A DNA stretch of 64,000 bases, taken from contig JALDZX010000072.1 of assembly GCA_022813865.1 (NCBI GenBank), positions 1-64,000 on the forward strand. Reading direction: 5' to 3'. The notes under the pieces were generated by a model, which made no database searches, was not told where the DNA came from, and saw only the letters and a program-made list of their open reading frames with translations. The stretch comes from Xylographa opegraphella (Eukaryota). Below are positions 25,779 through 37,281 of this stretch, piece by piece. Position numbers and translations under genes: made by a program. Each line of letters starts with the position of its first letter. The first letter of the stretch is position 1.

Positions 25779-26808
25779 GGAGAAGAAAAGCAGAAATCAG
25801 GAGATTTCAGTTATGACTGCTCCTGCCAGTGCGACTGAAGAGCCTGAAGAGGCAAGTGGCGAGAGGATCTATTGTTGACAATGAAGATATTGCACCAATA
25901 TTCATCAAGATCGGACCTTTTGTGTCATTTGGTGGGAGTAATGGGGAATGGCGACACGTTTGGTTTTGCGGTATTTATTTCGTCTAAGCTTCTTGCCGCT
26001 TGGACAACCTCTCGTCAATGATTGAACAGCGGGAGAGTGAATCGGATTTCGAGATATGTATCTCAAGAGGTTTGTATGAATGATGTAGTAGCAGTATTGC
26101 AAGAGTAAAGTCCGTCCTTTTGCTGGGCACACGAGGCGATTCACTTCTCTGAGTAGGTACTGTGTAGTTAGTGGGGAAGATGGAATAGGTTTTGTCCCTC
26201 GGAAATTCCTTGTGACGCAACCCTAACGACTGGGGTTCTTCGGCATGTGCCGCTCGTTTTTTCTTTTCATCGACTAACGCCACCGTTCTGTGCAATGGGT
26301 CATACGCAAATAGTCGCAAAGTTATCTTGGATCCCACTATGCTCCGGCATACAGGTCATCTACGAACGCTTGTATGCACGCATTAAGAACTCTCGCTTTT
26401 CGGTAGAGGGGGAACAGGCAACAGTTGGCTGGGCTCAATACCATATGGTGCTATTTGAAGACGGACGTAATCATACGGCATTTTCTCTTCTTCTTCATAT
26501 CTGATGCAGTGCAGGAGTCCTGCACCAAAGTGGGTTGTCTGAGATATCGTACAAAGCTAGCTATGAAAACGTAAAAAGCTGGAATCGATGAAGTGGGCTG
26601 CTTAATGCAATGCGAAGCGCTGGTATATGCGCATGTTCGTTTCAGGCCGTACAAGCGTAAGTTATACATGACGTGCACAAAGGTTATGGTCGTTGCGAGC
26701 TGGACAGGCCCATTTCGTATCTGTTCTGCGACATGCCCCACGTACATCTATCTGTCCACACTCTCCACACAGCCTGGCCTCTATTGGATTCGCAGACGGG
26801 GTCCATGC

Positions 26809-27840
26809 TCAGGCACCGTTCGCGGTAGGGGGCATGTGGATAGGAAGTGAAGGTTCAGGCCGAGAGTCGGTGTCTTCGTCCATTATATCGTCGACCATTT
26901 CTGGATGACTGTGATAACAAGGTTAGAGAATTCTTACAAACCAATTCCACAGTTGTGCAGCGGTAAGTGCATCGACCATGAGAATGATGTAGACAGGAGT
27001 TCAGGAAGAAACACACCCTAGTAAACCTTTGACATCTTTCATCTCGTAATGCCGCTTCCGTCTCTCCTCGAATCGGCGATGCTTCTCCTTCTCTTCATTC
27101 GACCAGCTTGCCTCTTCCCCGTGGCCTGCGTCCTCTGCTGCAGGGTCAACAACCACACTTTTGGACTCGCCGCGCACACTACCACTCCGTACAATACGTC
27201 CCTCGTCCCGGAGTTCATGTTCAGGCACCGCCTCCTCCGGCTCGCCTAGCTCCAGCCCAGGTATTTCATCTTCCTTTCGTCTATCATTCTTTCGATCTAG
27301 CTCATCGACGACCAGGTCACCAGCATCTAAGGTCCGCATGGCATCATCGTCCTCAGCAGGATCATAGTGCTTCGCATACGGTGTCTTCGGCTCGTCGATT
27401 TTCATTGTGCTACTCTTCCCCTGCTCTGTAAGAAACAGATTTGCCTCATCCCACTTCAGTCGTGGATTATTCGGATCGTCATCGTCTGCCACAGAATTTC
27501 GGCCCGAGTTGCTCGAACGTCTGCGCGACATTGAAACGCGAGCTGTCGATGACGAAGAGCGGCGATGTCCAGCATTTTGGAGAGTATTGTGTAGGGTGAT
27601 GTCTTTGTCGGATGGACTCTCGACAGCATCAAGGCCTGGCGATGGGCTGAAGGTGGAGGGCGAAACTTGGGACGTGGGAGAAATTTGAGAAGAGACGCCC
27701 TGATAGGAATTCTTCAGGATTCCTAGTCAGAGGTTAGGATCGTGTGCGGCGCGAAAGAGGCTCGCAGCAGAGATAGGGTTACCTTTGGGACGTTTGGGTA
27801 CGTCTGAGCTATGCATTCTGGTAGGAGATGCGAGTGTCAT
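26809..27840 (-). CDS. GLC8: protein phosphatase 1 inhibitor-2 (Glc8/IPP-2); 3 exons
   Basis: Spliced [29 protein letters not shown] and [11 protein letters not shown]. Confidence 0.9.
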
Positions 27841-29131
27841 CTTTTCGAAACTGGGGGAAGAAGACCTCGATGTGGTTGTTTTGTTTTGTTGTTATGAATG
27901 CACGTGCCAGAGCTGAGCATCGTTTCCTGGCGTTAGTCTACTGGTACAACGTTGCACTGCAGTGAAGGGGTCCACAACGACAGGTTACCGGATCCTTACC
28001 ATGCAGCTCGACCCCGCTTCGACAAGTGAAGATGCTGCAGTGGATGGAGAAAGGCAGAATGCAGCAGGCAGATGGTAAAGTCTCGGACGAGGAACAGATC
28101 GAATATAGGGAATTACAGTGATCAGTTGCCAAGACCGGTGGAGGGGGGGGTGTGCTGATACTAAAGTCAGCTTCTTGGCACTGGTGGACCGAGGGGCAGA
28201 TGACGTCCCATTTCCTATTCGAGAGGGGTCGCTTAGGACCTAGCTCCGCCCTCTCACAGACTGAGTCTACCACTAACTTGATTAGTTCTAGTGAGTGCGC
28301 ATGCCATTTACCCGCTGACTCCCACTCTACACTGACCGATCAGCTTCAAAAGGACGTGATATGTAAGGTTGTGTGATGCTCTTGCTCCTGTGAAGCTATA
28401 AAGGGCACCCCGAGCCGAGGGCACACGCCACATACTGACAAAGAAGTTCGCCACGACCAGCAACACAAATCTGTCTATTGGCGATCCAGCTCACCCATGT
28501 CCCTATAGTCATCCATACCAACGTATACGTAAATAACCGCTCTAATCTTATGAGCCCAAGACTTTGGCCACGGAAAAGATTCTTGCAGCGAGAGAGCTTG
28601 ACAAGAAGATTGAAGAAGGGCAAAAGTCCGTGGGTCAAGATATGGCATATCGACATATGGGAGACTAATTGCAACACGTTATAATTAAGGAAGTTTAAGT
28701 CCCCCAGTACTATATGAATGATGCATTTTCAACACAATCATTCACCCCATGCCTTACAACAAGGAGAACAATAAGCGCTCGTAGCCTACGCGTAAGCGCA
28801 CGCTTAGTATTCGCTATTCAGTGATCCAGTGAATACCTGCTGCCAAAGCTCTACCACAGTAGTTTAGAAAAGGCCGGTTATTCGCTTCGCACGATGCAAG
28901 GAATGACCGGTGTCCCAGGGCGTGCTAAGTGCTAAAGCAATTGATGGAATCAACTTAAAGTCGACTTACTTCCTCCTATCACCTATGAAGATAAATGGTC
29001 GTTTTCTGGAAGCCATTCTAATGGTCCCCTGGTTCTCGGCGCAAAATCAACCGCGTCTGCCGCTACCGAGGACGTAATGACTAGCTATCCTACATATGAC
29101 TAAGCGCAACGTTCCTCCTCTTCGTCACGCA

Positions 29132-30331
29132 ATGAGTGCAGATGATAGTATTGCTCCGTTGAGCGGCATCCGTGTAGTGGAGCTTGCAGGTCTTGCCCCG
29201 AGTACAACGCCAGCTATAGAATCCTCCGCACCTTGAATTCTACTAAAGTCCGAATTAGGTCCATTCGCGGGTCTGTTACTTGCAGACTATGGGGCTACAG
29301 TATTGCGAGTGGATCGGTCAGTTTCATACGATACTCCAAGTCCCGATCTTCTAGTGCGGCATAAGAAGTCGATATGTCTAGATCTTAAAGATCCCCGAGG
29401 ACTGCCAGTCCTCAGAGCTCTACTCAAACACGTAGACGTCCTTATTGACCCATACAGACCGGGTGTGCTCGAGAGTCTTGGGCTGGACCCGAACGAGCTG
29501 ATTGCACAGAACGAAAGGCTTATCGTTGCAAGACTCACTGGTTTCAGAAGAGATGGCAAGTATGCGAGCATGGCAGGGCATGATATCAATTACTTGGCTG
29601 TTTCCGGCGTGCTCAATCAACTCGGGAGGAAGGGCGCAGCACCTCAACCGCCAGCGAATATCCTTGCCGACTTCGCAGGAGGCGGTCTATCATGCGCCTT
29701 CGGAATCATGATCGCACTTTTCGCTCGTGAAGGAACCGGAAGAGGGCAGATTGTGAATTGCAATATGGTAGATGGCTCCTCATATCTTGCAACCTTTCCA
29801 CGACTGGCGACAAAAACGCCGTTGTGGAATAGGCCAAGGGGCGAAAATGTTCTTGACGGGGGATGTCCTTTCTATGAAATATATGAATGTAAAGATGGAG
29901 GCCACATGGCGGTTGGGGCTCTGGAGCCACAGTTCTTCAAAGAGCTCTTGGATGGCTTGGGCCTAACCGAGTTTTTATCATTACAGCATGATCATGCGGC
30001 ATGGCCATCTATGCGAGATGCCTTTGGTAAGAAATTCTTACAAAGGACAAGGAGTGAATGGGAGAACGTTTTCGACGGCAAGGACGCTTGCTGCACTCCT
30101 CTGCTGAGCTATACTGAAATGGAAGCTGCGGGCTACGAGCAAAGACATGCCGTCTCTCTGAACAACACACCTGGCTTGAAATTGGATCAGAACACGACTT
30201 GGGAATCCATGGGAATGCATCCTGGTACTGGAGGAGAAGGATTACTACAGGAGTGGCTTGGCTGGAGTCACGGTAAACATTACGATATCAAGAGAGGAGC
30301 AGTGGTACAGATTGACATCGCTAAGCTCTAA
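29132..30331 (+). CDS. CoA-transferase family III (CaiB/BaiF) / alpha-methylacyl-CoA racemase, peroxisomal; 2 exons
   Basis: PLSGIRVVELAGLAP, LADYGATVLRVDR, DPYRPGVLE, AGHDINYLAVSG and NILADFAGGG; C-terminal AKL (PTS1). Confidence 0.9.
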
Positions 30332-30380
30332 TATACACTCGGCATTCTCCGACGCCCACTTCAAGAGTGGCGAAGTAAGG

Positions 30381-30449
30381 ACATCTCACACGACTCTATG
30401 TACATCTCCCACGACTCTATGTACATCTCACACGACTCTGTGTACATCT
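30381..30449 (+). repeat. 21-bp tandem repeat (ACATCTCACACGACTCTATGT), about 3.3 copies
   Basis: directly visible just 3' of the racemase stop. Confidence 0.85.
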
Positions 30450-31111
30450 TTATACATCTATGCACAAGACTCCAATCAAGATTCTACCGTAGTCCTTCGA
30501 GACTCTTCGATGTGGGTGTCGAGTGTACCTGGGGACAGAAGAGGTATTTGGACACCGCTGAATTCGATGCGAAGGCAGGTTTCAAAGTTTGCTATCTGCG
30601 GAAAGCATTAGTTGAAGTTAAGACATCACGTTAATGGTCTTTATCTTACTCCTTTGAATTTTGTGATCGACTCCGATCTGTTCCCAACGCTCGGTCCACT
30701 TCTCCAGCTATTTCTCAGTCTCGCGAGTAGTATGATTTTCCATCACGAAACGCTCATATTTGCCAAGATCAATCCACCTTTCTTGATTGTTGCAGATGAT
30801 CATATCGGCGTTGCCACTGCTTTGTACGGTGGTTTCCACTGCGCCAATTGTCTGCTGTGGTGTTTCCATAGCCTCGGAACTAAGGTGTGTTAAAGCGGTA
30901 CAAATTCAGAATATAATGTAGGGGAGTTTACTACGAATGTTTTTATTAGTTATTCTTTGCGTTATGGATGCCTCGCTCGAGATACATACCGTTATAAGAC
31001 AGCCTACAACCCTGGGCATTGGTGACCTGTTATCGGAGAAGGGAGAGTCAAGCTGCGTCCCCAGTTTCGTGCTTGAAAGTTGGTATAAGAATATAGGTAA
31101 TTATATATAAA

Positions 31112-32510
31112 GTGGGCGAGCAACAGGACTTTAAGAAGAATGCAGGCCCATCGTCATGTGCTTTCATGATATATCATGGGGAACTTGGAGTTCCACAACT
31201 GTCCATAAGAATGGTCCGCAGAAGGGCTACCAAGGCACCATCGCGGAGAAGTGCCCAATGTCAAGTAAGGCAGATGGGTATCGAATATGATATATCTTCC
31301 ATTTCTGAGAATTGATACCCGAAACTTCCTGCAGGAAGGCGTGAATAGCCTAGTGACGCATTGCGTCGAATTACGGTTGGACCTATCGGAATGCCCAAAA
31401 GGTACCGCTTCAAGTACGATCTTGATCACATGAGGGTGGTGAGCTGCATTCACAAACGGATCAGGCGACCTATGAAAGTATGCTGCTAACTATTCACTTC
31501 GAGTGGCCATCCATTGGTTTCCAGCAATTCTTGACCGCTTCTCTAGCTGTGATGACAGACAACATTCCTGGCTAAGCTCTTGTACCTGAACAATTGGCGT
31601 GGAATACGGAGGAGCTGCATACGAAACTGGCTGAGGCCTTCATGGCTGTGCATATCTGGAGCATACAGTTCCGGCTGGACCCGAGGCTCCTATTGTATCA
31701 AACAAACGCCACCGAAACTTCAGTGGCACGAAATCTATCGGTCGAGCTGCAGCCATCAGCCGTCTATCTATCCGGAGCGCTGACCGCTAAATGCTTACGT
31801 ATCTTTTGGAATGGGGCCACTTCAACCCTCGAATCAGCATCTCTCATCCGTGGTACCCTGCCTCGGAAGGCATCGTCAGACAAATCGGTCGAAAATTCCT
31901 GGCTCATACTTCAACAGTATTGGTGGCCGACAGACCGATGGCCTTCTACAAACGCACGATTCCTTTAAATCGTGCAATCCGAAGGGGCTTGTTCGCAAGG
32001 ATAACTTCAAGGCTCTCGGAACCTGAGTTCCAATGCAGCTTACCGTGGTGGTGGATTTCGTTGAAGGATTGGGAAGAGACTTTGAAAGATTCCGATAAGC
32101 ATGGGGCCGTGTGCAAGGACCTTGAACCATGTCTTCGTACGAGGGCATACTGCTGGTTGCAGTAGCAGCCTCGTCCGTCGATGCATTCCGAGCTGGTTTC
32201 ACTAACCCCGTGGTTGCAAGTCTCGCCCGGAACGCGGAGCCACCTGAAGCGGCCTCTTTTCTGTGGTTTCCAAGCGCTCCTCGGGGCGGACACGCAGATC
32301 TCCTGGTACGACTGTAGGCGTTCGCAGAATAACCCCACTGTTTGTGAAACAGATGAAGGAATTGCCTTGCCCGCTAGGATCGTCTCGTGCGGAAACCATG
32401 CGAGTCTCACTCGTTGAGTATAGCTTACAGCTCCCAAGCCGTGTACGGAGTGGCGGTCCGGAAATCGAGGAACGCTGTACCCTCGGGAGCCCGCGTGAGA
32501 ATTGACTTAT
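31112..32510 (+). pseudogene. probable degraded gene of unknown family
   Basis: Protein-like segments in alternating frames, interrupted by stops, with an intron-like GTATGC...CTAG near 31478-31547; no family motif recognised. Confidence 0.3.
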
Positions 32511-33913
32511 GTAGCTGGAAGTTCCACATACCTCAGCTTCACGCGCTAGCATTATGCATCATTATGCTACTGCTAACTTTCAGCATTGTTCGTCTGTCTC
32601 TATGCACCGTTCTGCCAATCTACCTGTAGGCGGAGAAGGCTGGGTATTTTTTCTTGATTGAGTGCCGCGAGGAAACCACGATCAAGTGATGGGTCTGAAC
32701 TTCCCCTATCTTCCCCGCTTGAATGCATGCTGGCGGTTTGGTAGCAGGTCTGAAGCATCTCCGAGGTGAAACGGCGCTCTAGAGCTGGTATGCCCCCCCT
32801 GTCTGTACGAGCTTGTTTCATTTGCTTACAATATCCTTATTTCAAATTTGTTACTAGTCGCCAGAGTTTCTCCTCTCCAAATATTGACATCTCCACGTAA
32901 GGGGTTCCTCATTGCCCTGCAGAGTTTGGATACATCTCCTGACCTCTGAGGTGGAAATGACCGGAAAGCGGTATTTGCTAGCGTCCTGGTCCAATTCATC
33001 AAACGTCGGAATGTCCAATCTGTGTCATAGATATCCTTTTACGACGACTAGAGATTCTCCGCTGATAAAAAAAAGAACCCTCAGGTACTAACTTTCAGAA
33101 TATGGAACCCATTGCATGGCGGAAGCTCTACTGGATCATTCTCCCCGTATTACGGACTCGATGTCATTCTTCCGTATATCGATAACACACGTGAGCGTGG
33201 CTGCCACAAGCCGCCTTGTCTCCATAGTCTTTCAGGTCAATGGCTCCTCGGCAGGCGTCGTCGCCCTGACATGCTTCGTCGTTCTCTCGACGTTGCGAGC
33301 TATGAGGGTGACCAGCTGGAGTAGCTGCTTTTGTCCAGTGGCAAAAATGGGGTGATAAAGGATTCAAATTTCAGGGAACTTTAATTTGTATTATCGCAGT
33401 TATTTGGGTGCCGGCGCAGTGGATGATGCATTAGCTGGAGAAGGCAAGTTAACAGGGGTATAATAAAGTAAGATTAAAAGTGCTGGAGAAGTGTAGGGTG
33501 ATATTGTGTGGGAAAGCTACATGAAAGGAAGGGTCCGGAAAGTGGATTTATCGCGCAGTTAGGAGTGTGAGGATATGGTGGTTTCTTTGTTGATATTGAT
33601 AGCAACAATTGCGTAGGAATTTCTTTTCTTGGGCAATCGCCTGAACAGTGCAACCACAAGACTACAAGTTGATTTCTCTGACAGCCAAGCAAGGAGGACT
33701 AAGTCTCATTCAGTCGATACCGCAAGGATTGAAGAAGCTAGCTTTAAGCTTAACTCGAACACAAAGCTTCAGCATCGACGAAATGTCGCCCCTCCGGTCC
33801 AACAGCCATCGTCCTTCAGAGCCACAGAGGCAGCTTCCCACTCAACAACCATACCTCCTCGCCCAACCCACTCCCTAAGCCCCCAATCCCACCAACCTCT
33901 CCCCCCCTCCCCC

Positions 33914-34660
33914 TCACTTCTTCCGCCTCAAGCTCCTCTTCTCCGCATTCCGCGCCTTCCTCTCACTCGTCTTCCTCCACGCCAACCACCGATCATTCGG
34001 CTTATACGGCCTCACCTTCACGCCCGCCCTCTCCGCCGACCTGCCAATCGACCAATTCGACTCCCGATACTGATACCCCTCCCGCAGCACCACGGCCCCC
34101 ACCCCCTCCTTCGCATCCTCCCCCATCCCGTCCCCCTCCCCCACGCTCTCCCTCTCCCCCGCGCTCTCCCTCTCCCTCTCCTCGAGCCCCAACCGGCGCC
34201 ACCGAGCACCACCCCTCCCCCGCGGCAGCTGCATGCCGCGCTCAAACACGACGCCGATATACTTCCGACTGGCGTGCCGGTCCGGGTCGCGGTAGTAGCG
34301 CACGAAGCCCTTCTGCAGCGCGAAGATCGTGTGGTCGCGGCCCATGCCGCAGTTCTCGCCCGCGAACCAGTGCGTGCCCCGCTGCCGGAAGATGATGTTG
34401 CCCGGCACCACGAGCTCCGAGTCGCCCTTTTTGGCGCCGAGCCGCTTGCCAGGCCCGGGGGCCGCTTTGTTGGCGCGGCCTTGGGAGGCGTGCGAGGCGG
34501 CGCGGGAGGGTGTGTGTGTTGGTGGTTGGGGTGCGTTGGGGGTGTAGAGGCTTAGGCGGGTGAGGGCGAGGAGGAGGAGGGAGGAGGAGGCGAGGCTGGA
34601 GGCCGTGCTGGGTGCGGAGCGGAGGGAGCGTATGGAGGATGGTAATCGTGGCTGCAGCAT
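33914..34660 (-). CDS. MRP7: mitochondrial large ribosomal subunit protein bL27m (Mrp7)
   Basis: [18 protein letters not shown] and [32 protein letters not shown]-rich presequence. Confidence 0.92.
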   Translation of the reverse strand: MLQPRLPSSIRSLRSAPSTASSLASSSLLLLALTRLSLYTPNAPQPPTHTPSRAASHASQGRANKAAPGPGKRLGAKKGDSELVVPGNIIFRQRGTHWFAGENCGMGRDHTIFALQKGFVRYYRDPDRHASRKYIGVVFERGMQLPRGRGGARWRRLGLEERERESAGERESVGEGDGMGEDAKEGVGAVVLREGYQYRESNWSIGRSAERAGVKVRPYKPNDRWLAWRKTSERKARNAEKRSLRRKK

Positions 34661-34878
34661 GGTGAATGGGTTGACGCTCTCGATGGTTGGAAGCGTTTGG
34701 TAGATGTACGGAACTGCGTGGGTTCCAACAGAGATGATGTGAGGTGCAGCGAAGCTTTTGCAAGCCCCCGGTCACACGCTAAGCCCTTCAGGGCTGCGGA
34801 AGTAAAGTAAACAATCGCGGGTTTCCCACTGTTCACACAGAGCACAATACCAACACCACAACCTCAAACCCCGCGCCC

Positions 34879-37281
34879 ATGGATCGCGACGACTCGCCGT
34901 CGCCTTCGCCGCGGAATCTCTCGCCATTGGGGAACTCCTCCTTCACGTCTCCACCCTTCACATCGACCCTCCCCCTCCCGCACCCGGTCATGCGCCCGAT
35001 CTCCGACGCCCGGCTGCCCACGCGCAAAAGCCTCTCGCGGCCCACCGAGTATCCCAGTTCGCCTCCGCGCTCGTACTTGCGGACGCGTTCGGCAGCGGGC
35101 TCTGTCCGCTCGCGGTCTTCGTCGGCTTCGTCGGCGGAGCAGCACGAACCGGCCGGTGGGGAGAAGCGGGATTTCGACATGGAGAATTATACGATCGATT
35201 TGGGGAATTTAGGGCAGAGTTCTGCGGGTGGGCGGGATTTGTTTGCGGCGATGGGAGGGACGGAGATTGAGACGCCAGTGAGGGAGAGGGAGGTGGTGGG
35301 GAGTGAGGACGAGGGTCCGGAGGACTTTACGGTGAATATGGGGAAGTGGATGGGAGGTGTTCAGGAAAGGATGGATGGAGGAAGAGAGGTTGGCGAGGAT
35401 CGTGATGAAGATGTGGCAGCTGCGGATCGATTGGAGGGAATGGATGAACGCCAACGAGGAGAGAGAATGTCCCGCGGGAACAATGCTGGGGAAACGGAGG
35501 AACAAGGGACCAGAATGTCCGATAAACGACCTCTCGAAACACGGCGAGTGAGCGTCGAAGACGTCCTAGAGCAGGATGGCGAGGGTGAAAGCGTGATTGT
35601 CACCACGCCCGTACGTCTCGATGTCTACGGTGCATCGCGGGACGAAAGATCAACGACGCCTCTGATTTCACCGAAGAGACCTGTTTCTCCACAAGACCTG
35701 GCCGTTGATGAGCTCTTGGATCGGAATCGTGCCCTGGAAGTCGAGATCGAGCGTCTGCGACTCGAAGCGGAACACTACCGCAAGGAGATCGACGTTCTGG
35801 ATGTGGAACGCGCACAGTCCGAAGCGGAGTTCGAAGACCTAGCAACGGAGCTGAATAACATAAACGAGAAGCTCACTCAGTCACGAAGAGAGAATCTGGA
35901 GCATCAGCAGCGGTGGGACCAAGAGATGAACAGGCAAAGTACTAGTGTCTCGAACGTTAGTGGACTACGAGCAAAATTTGAACTTTTGACGCAAGAGCTC
36001 GAAGCTGTGAAGCAGGAGACTGAGGCTGTCAAACACGAATCGAGCATCAAACTTGCAGCTCTTGCTGAACAGCTACGAGTGGCGCAAGACCAAGTCACCA
36101 CAAACCTCGAGGCAGGAAAAGAAGCTGCCGCTATTGCTGCAGTGCTGGAAGCCACTCGCTCGGAGCTGGCTCAATGCAAGGAGAGGCTCCTCGACCAGCA
36201 AGAAGCGTCAAAAGCTCAACAGCAAGCCCTTCAATCGGAAAACCATGATCTCCAGCTGCGTTTGACGGCCTCAAATCAAGCAGCATCCGAGCTCTCCAGC
36301 ATGAAGACAGAGTTTCAGCACGCCCAGGAACAACTAGCACAGACCCATCACCTCCTCGAGACGGTCGAAAATGAAAATGACCGCTTTACGCAAACAAACG
36401 ACCGCAAGAGCGACGAGATCCGTGATCTCCGCAATGAGTTGGAAGAAATCCGACACTCAGCGCAGCAGGTCCGGAAAGAAGTTCAAGAGCGCGATGACCG
36501 CCTCAAGGTTCTCGAAGCGGCAATCTCTGACCTGCGGCTCCATCAGCTCAAGGCAGCGGACATGCTCGATCCCGAGAACGGGACGGAACCGGTTCCGGAG
36601 CGACTTGAGGAGGTAGGCTTAGAAGAAAATAACATGAGGATGGCCGACCAGCTCGACAGCCTGTCCACGCATTACGAGGCAGAGCTCGCCGCGCTCAAGC
36701 AAAGTCATCAAGCCGAAACGAAGAAACTCAAAGCCATGATCATGCGCGCTGCGGACGGCATGCGGAAGCGAGAAGCCAGACTGACGAAGTCGCATGCCGA
36801 AGAGGTTAATGCCTTGCATCGTACCATGAAATCGCTCCGGCTACCCAAAGCCGAAGAGCCTGTGGCCAAGAATCCCGAAAAGAGGAGAGCAACGATGGCA
36901 TCATGTCAGCAAGCAGATACCACCGACTTGGGCTCCGCTGTACGTGTCCTCTCGTCCAAGCTTAAAACCGCACAGGACGAACTGCTCAAAGCGCAAGAAG
37001 ATGTTCTGCGGCTCCGACAGGAAGCCGAAGACCAGCAGCGCGAGCAGCGAGAACGAGAGCAGGACCAGGAAGCGGTAAACCGAGCGCTGGAGGAGCGGTT
37101 TGCGGACGCGGTGGAGAAAAGGGAGCGAGAGTGGCGGCGGCGGATGAGGGTAGTGCTGAGAGATCGGGAGGTGATGGGCAAGGCGCTGCTTCTTGGTTGG
37201 GGAAAGGAGGAGGTAGGCGAGAGGGAGAGAGAAGATGGCGCAAAGGGGATGGGGTATCGGTATCGATTCGTGAAGAAATGA
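34879..37281 (+). CDS. 800-aa coiled-coil protein, possibly spindle-pole-body-associated (SnaD-like)
   Basis: Single long ORF with extended E/Q/L heptads, EDFTVNMGKWM and C-terminal MGKALLLGWGKEEVG...GYRYRF; family name from recollection only. Confidence 0.7.
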   Translation: MDRDDSPSPSPRNLSPLGNSSFTSPPFTSTLPLPHPVMRPISDARLPTRKSLSRPTEYPSSPPRSYLRTRSAAGSVRSRSSSASSAEQHEPAGGEKRDFDMENYTIDLGNLGQSSAGGRDLFAAMGGTEIETPVREREVVGSEDEGPEDFTVNMGKWMGGVQERMDGGREVGEDRDEDVAAADRLEGMDERQRGERMSRGNNAGETEEQGTRMSDKRPLETRRVSVEDVLEQDGEGESVIVTTPVRLDVYGASRDERSTTPLISPKRPVSPQDLAVDELLDRNRALEVEIERLRLEAEHYRKEIDVLDVERAQSEAEFEDLATELNNINEKLTQSRRENLEHQQRWDQEMNRQSTSVSNVSGLRAKFELLTQELEAVKQETEAVKHESSIKLAALAEQLRVAQDQVTTNLEAGKEAAAIAAVLEATRSELAQCKERLLDQQEASKAQQQALQSENHDLQLRLTASNQAASELSSMKTEFQHAQEQLAQTHHLLETVENENDRFTQTNDRKSDEIRDLRNELEEIRHSAQQVRKEVQERDDRLKVLEAAISDLRLHQLKAADMLDPENGTEPVPERLEEVGLEENNMRMADQLDSLSTHYEAELAALKQSHQAETKKLKAMIMRAADGMRKREARLTKSHAEEVNALHRTMKSLRLPKAEEPVAKNPEKRRATMASCQQADTTDLGSAVRVLSSKLKTAQDELLKAQEDVLRLRQEAEDQQREQREREQDQEAVNRALEERFADAVEKREREWRRRMRVVLRDREVMGKALLLGWGKEEVGEREREDGAKGMGYRYRFVKK

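Noticed and set aside
30381..30449. 21-bp repeats as a CRISPR-like array
   Set aside because: Contiguous units without spacers, eukaryotic context and no cas genes
33629..34555. 308-aa plus-strand ORF, and similar long overlapping ORFs at 22122-23217, 40079-41119, 53150-53881, 54608-55393 and 62186-63299
   Set aside because: Antisense or alternate-frame shadows of GC-rich genes, where stop codons are rare
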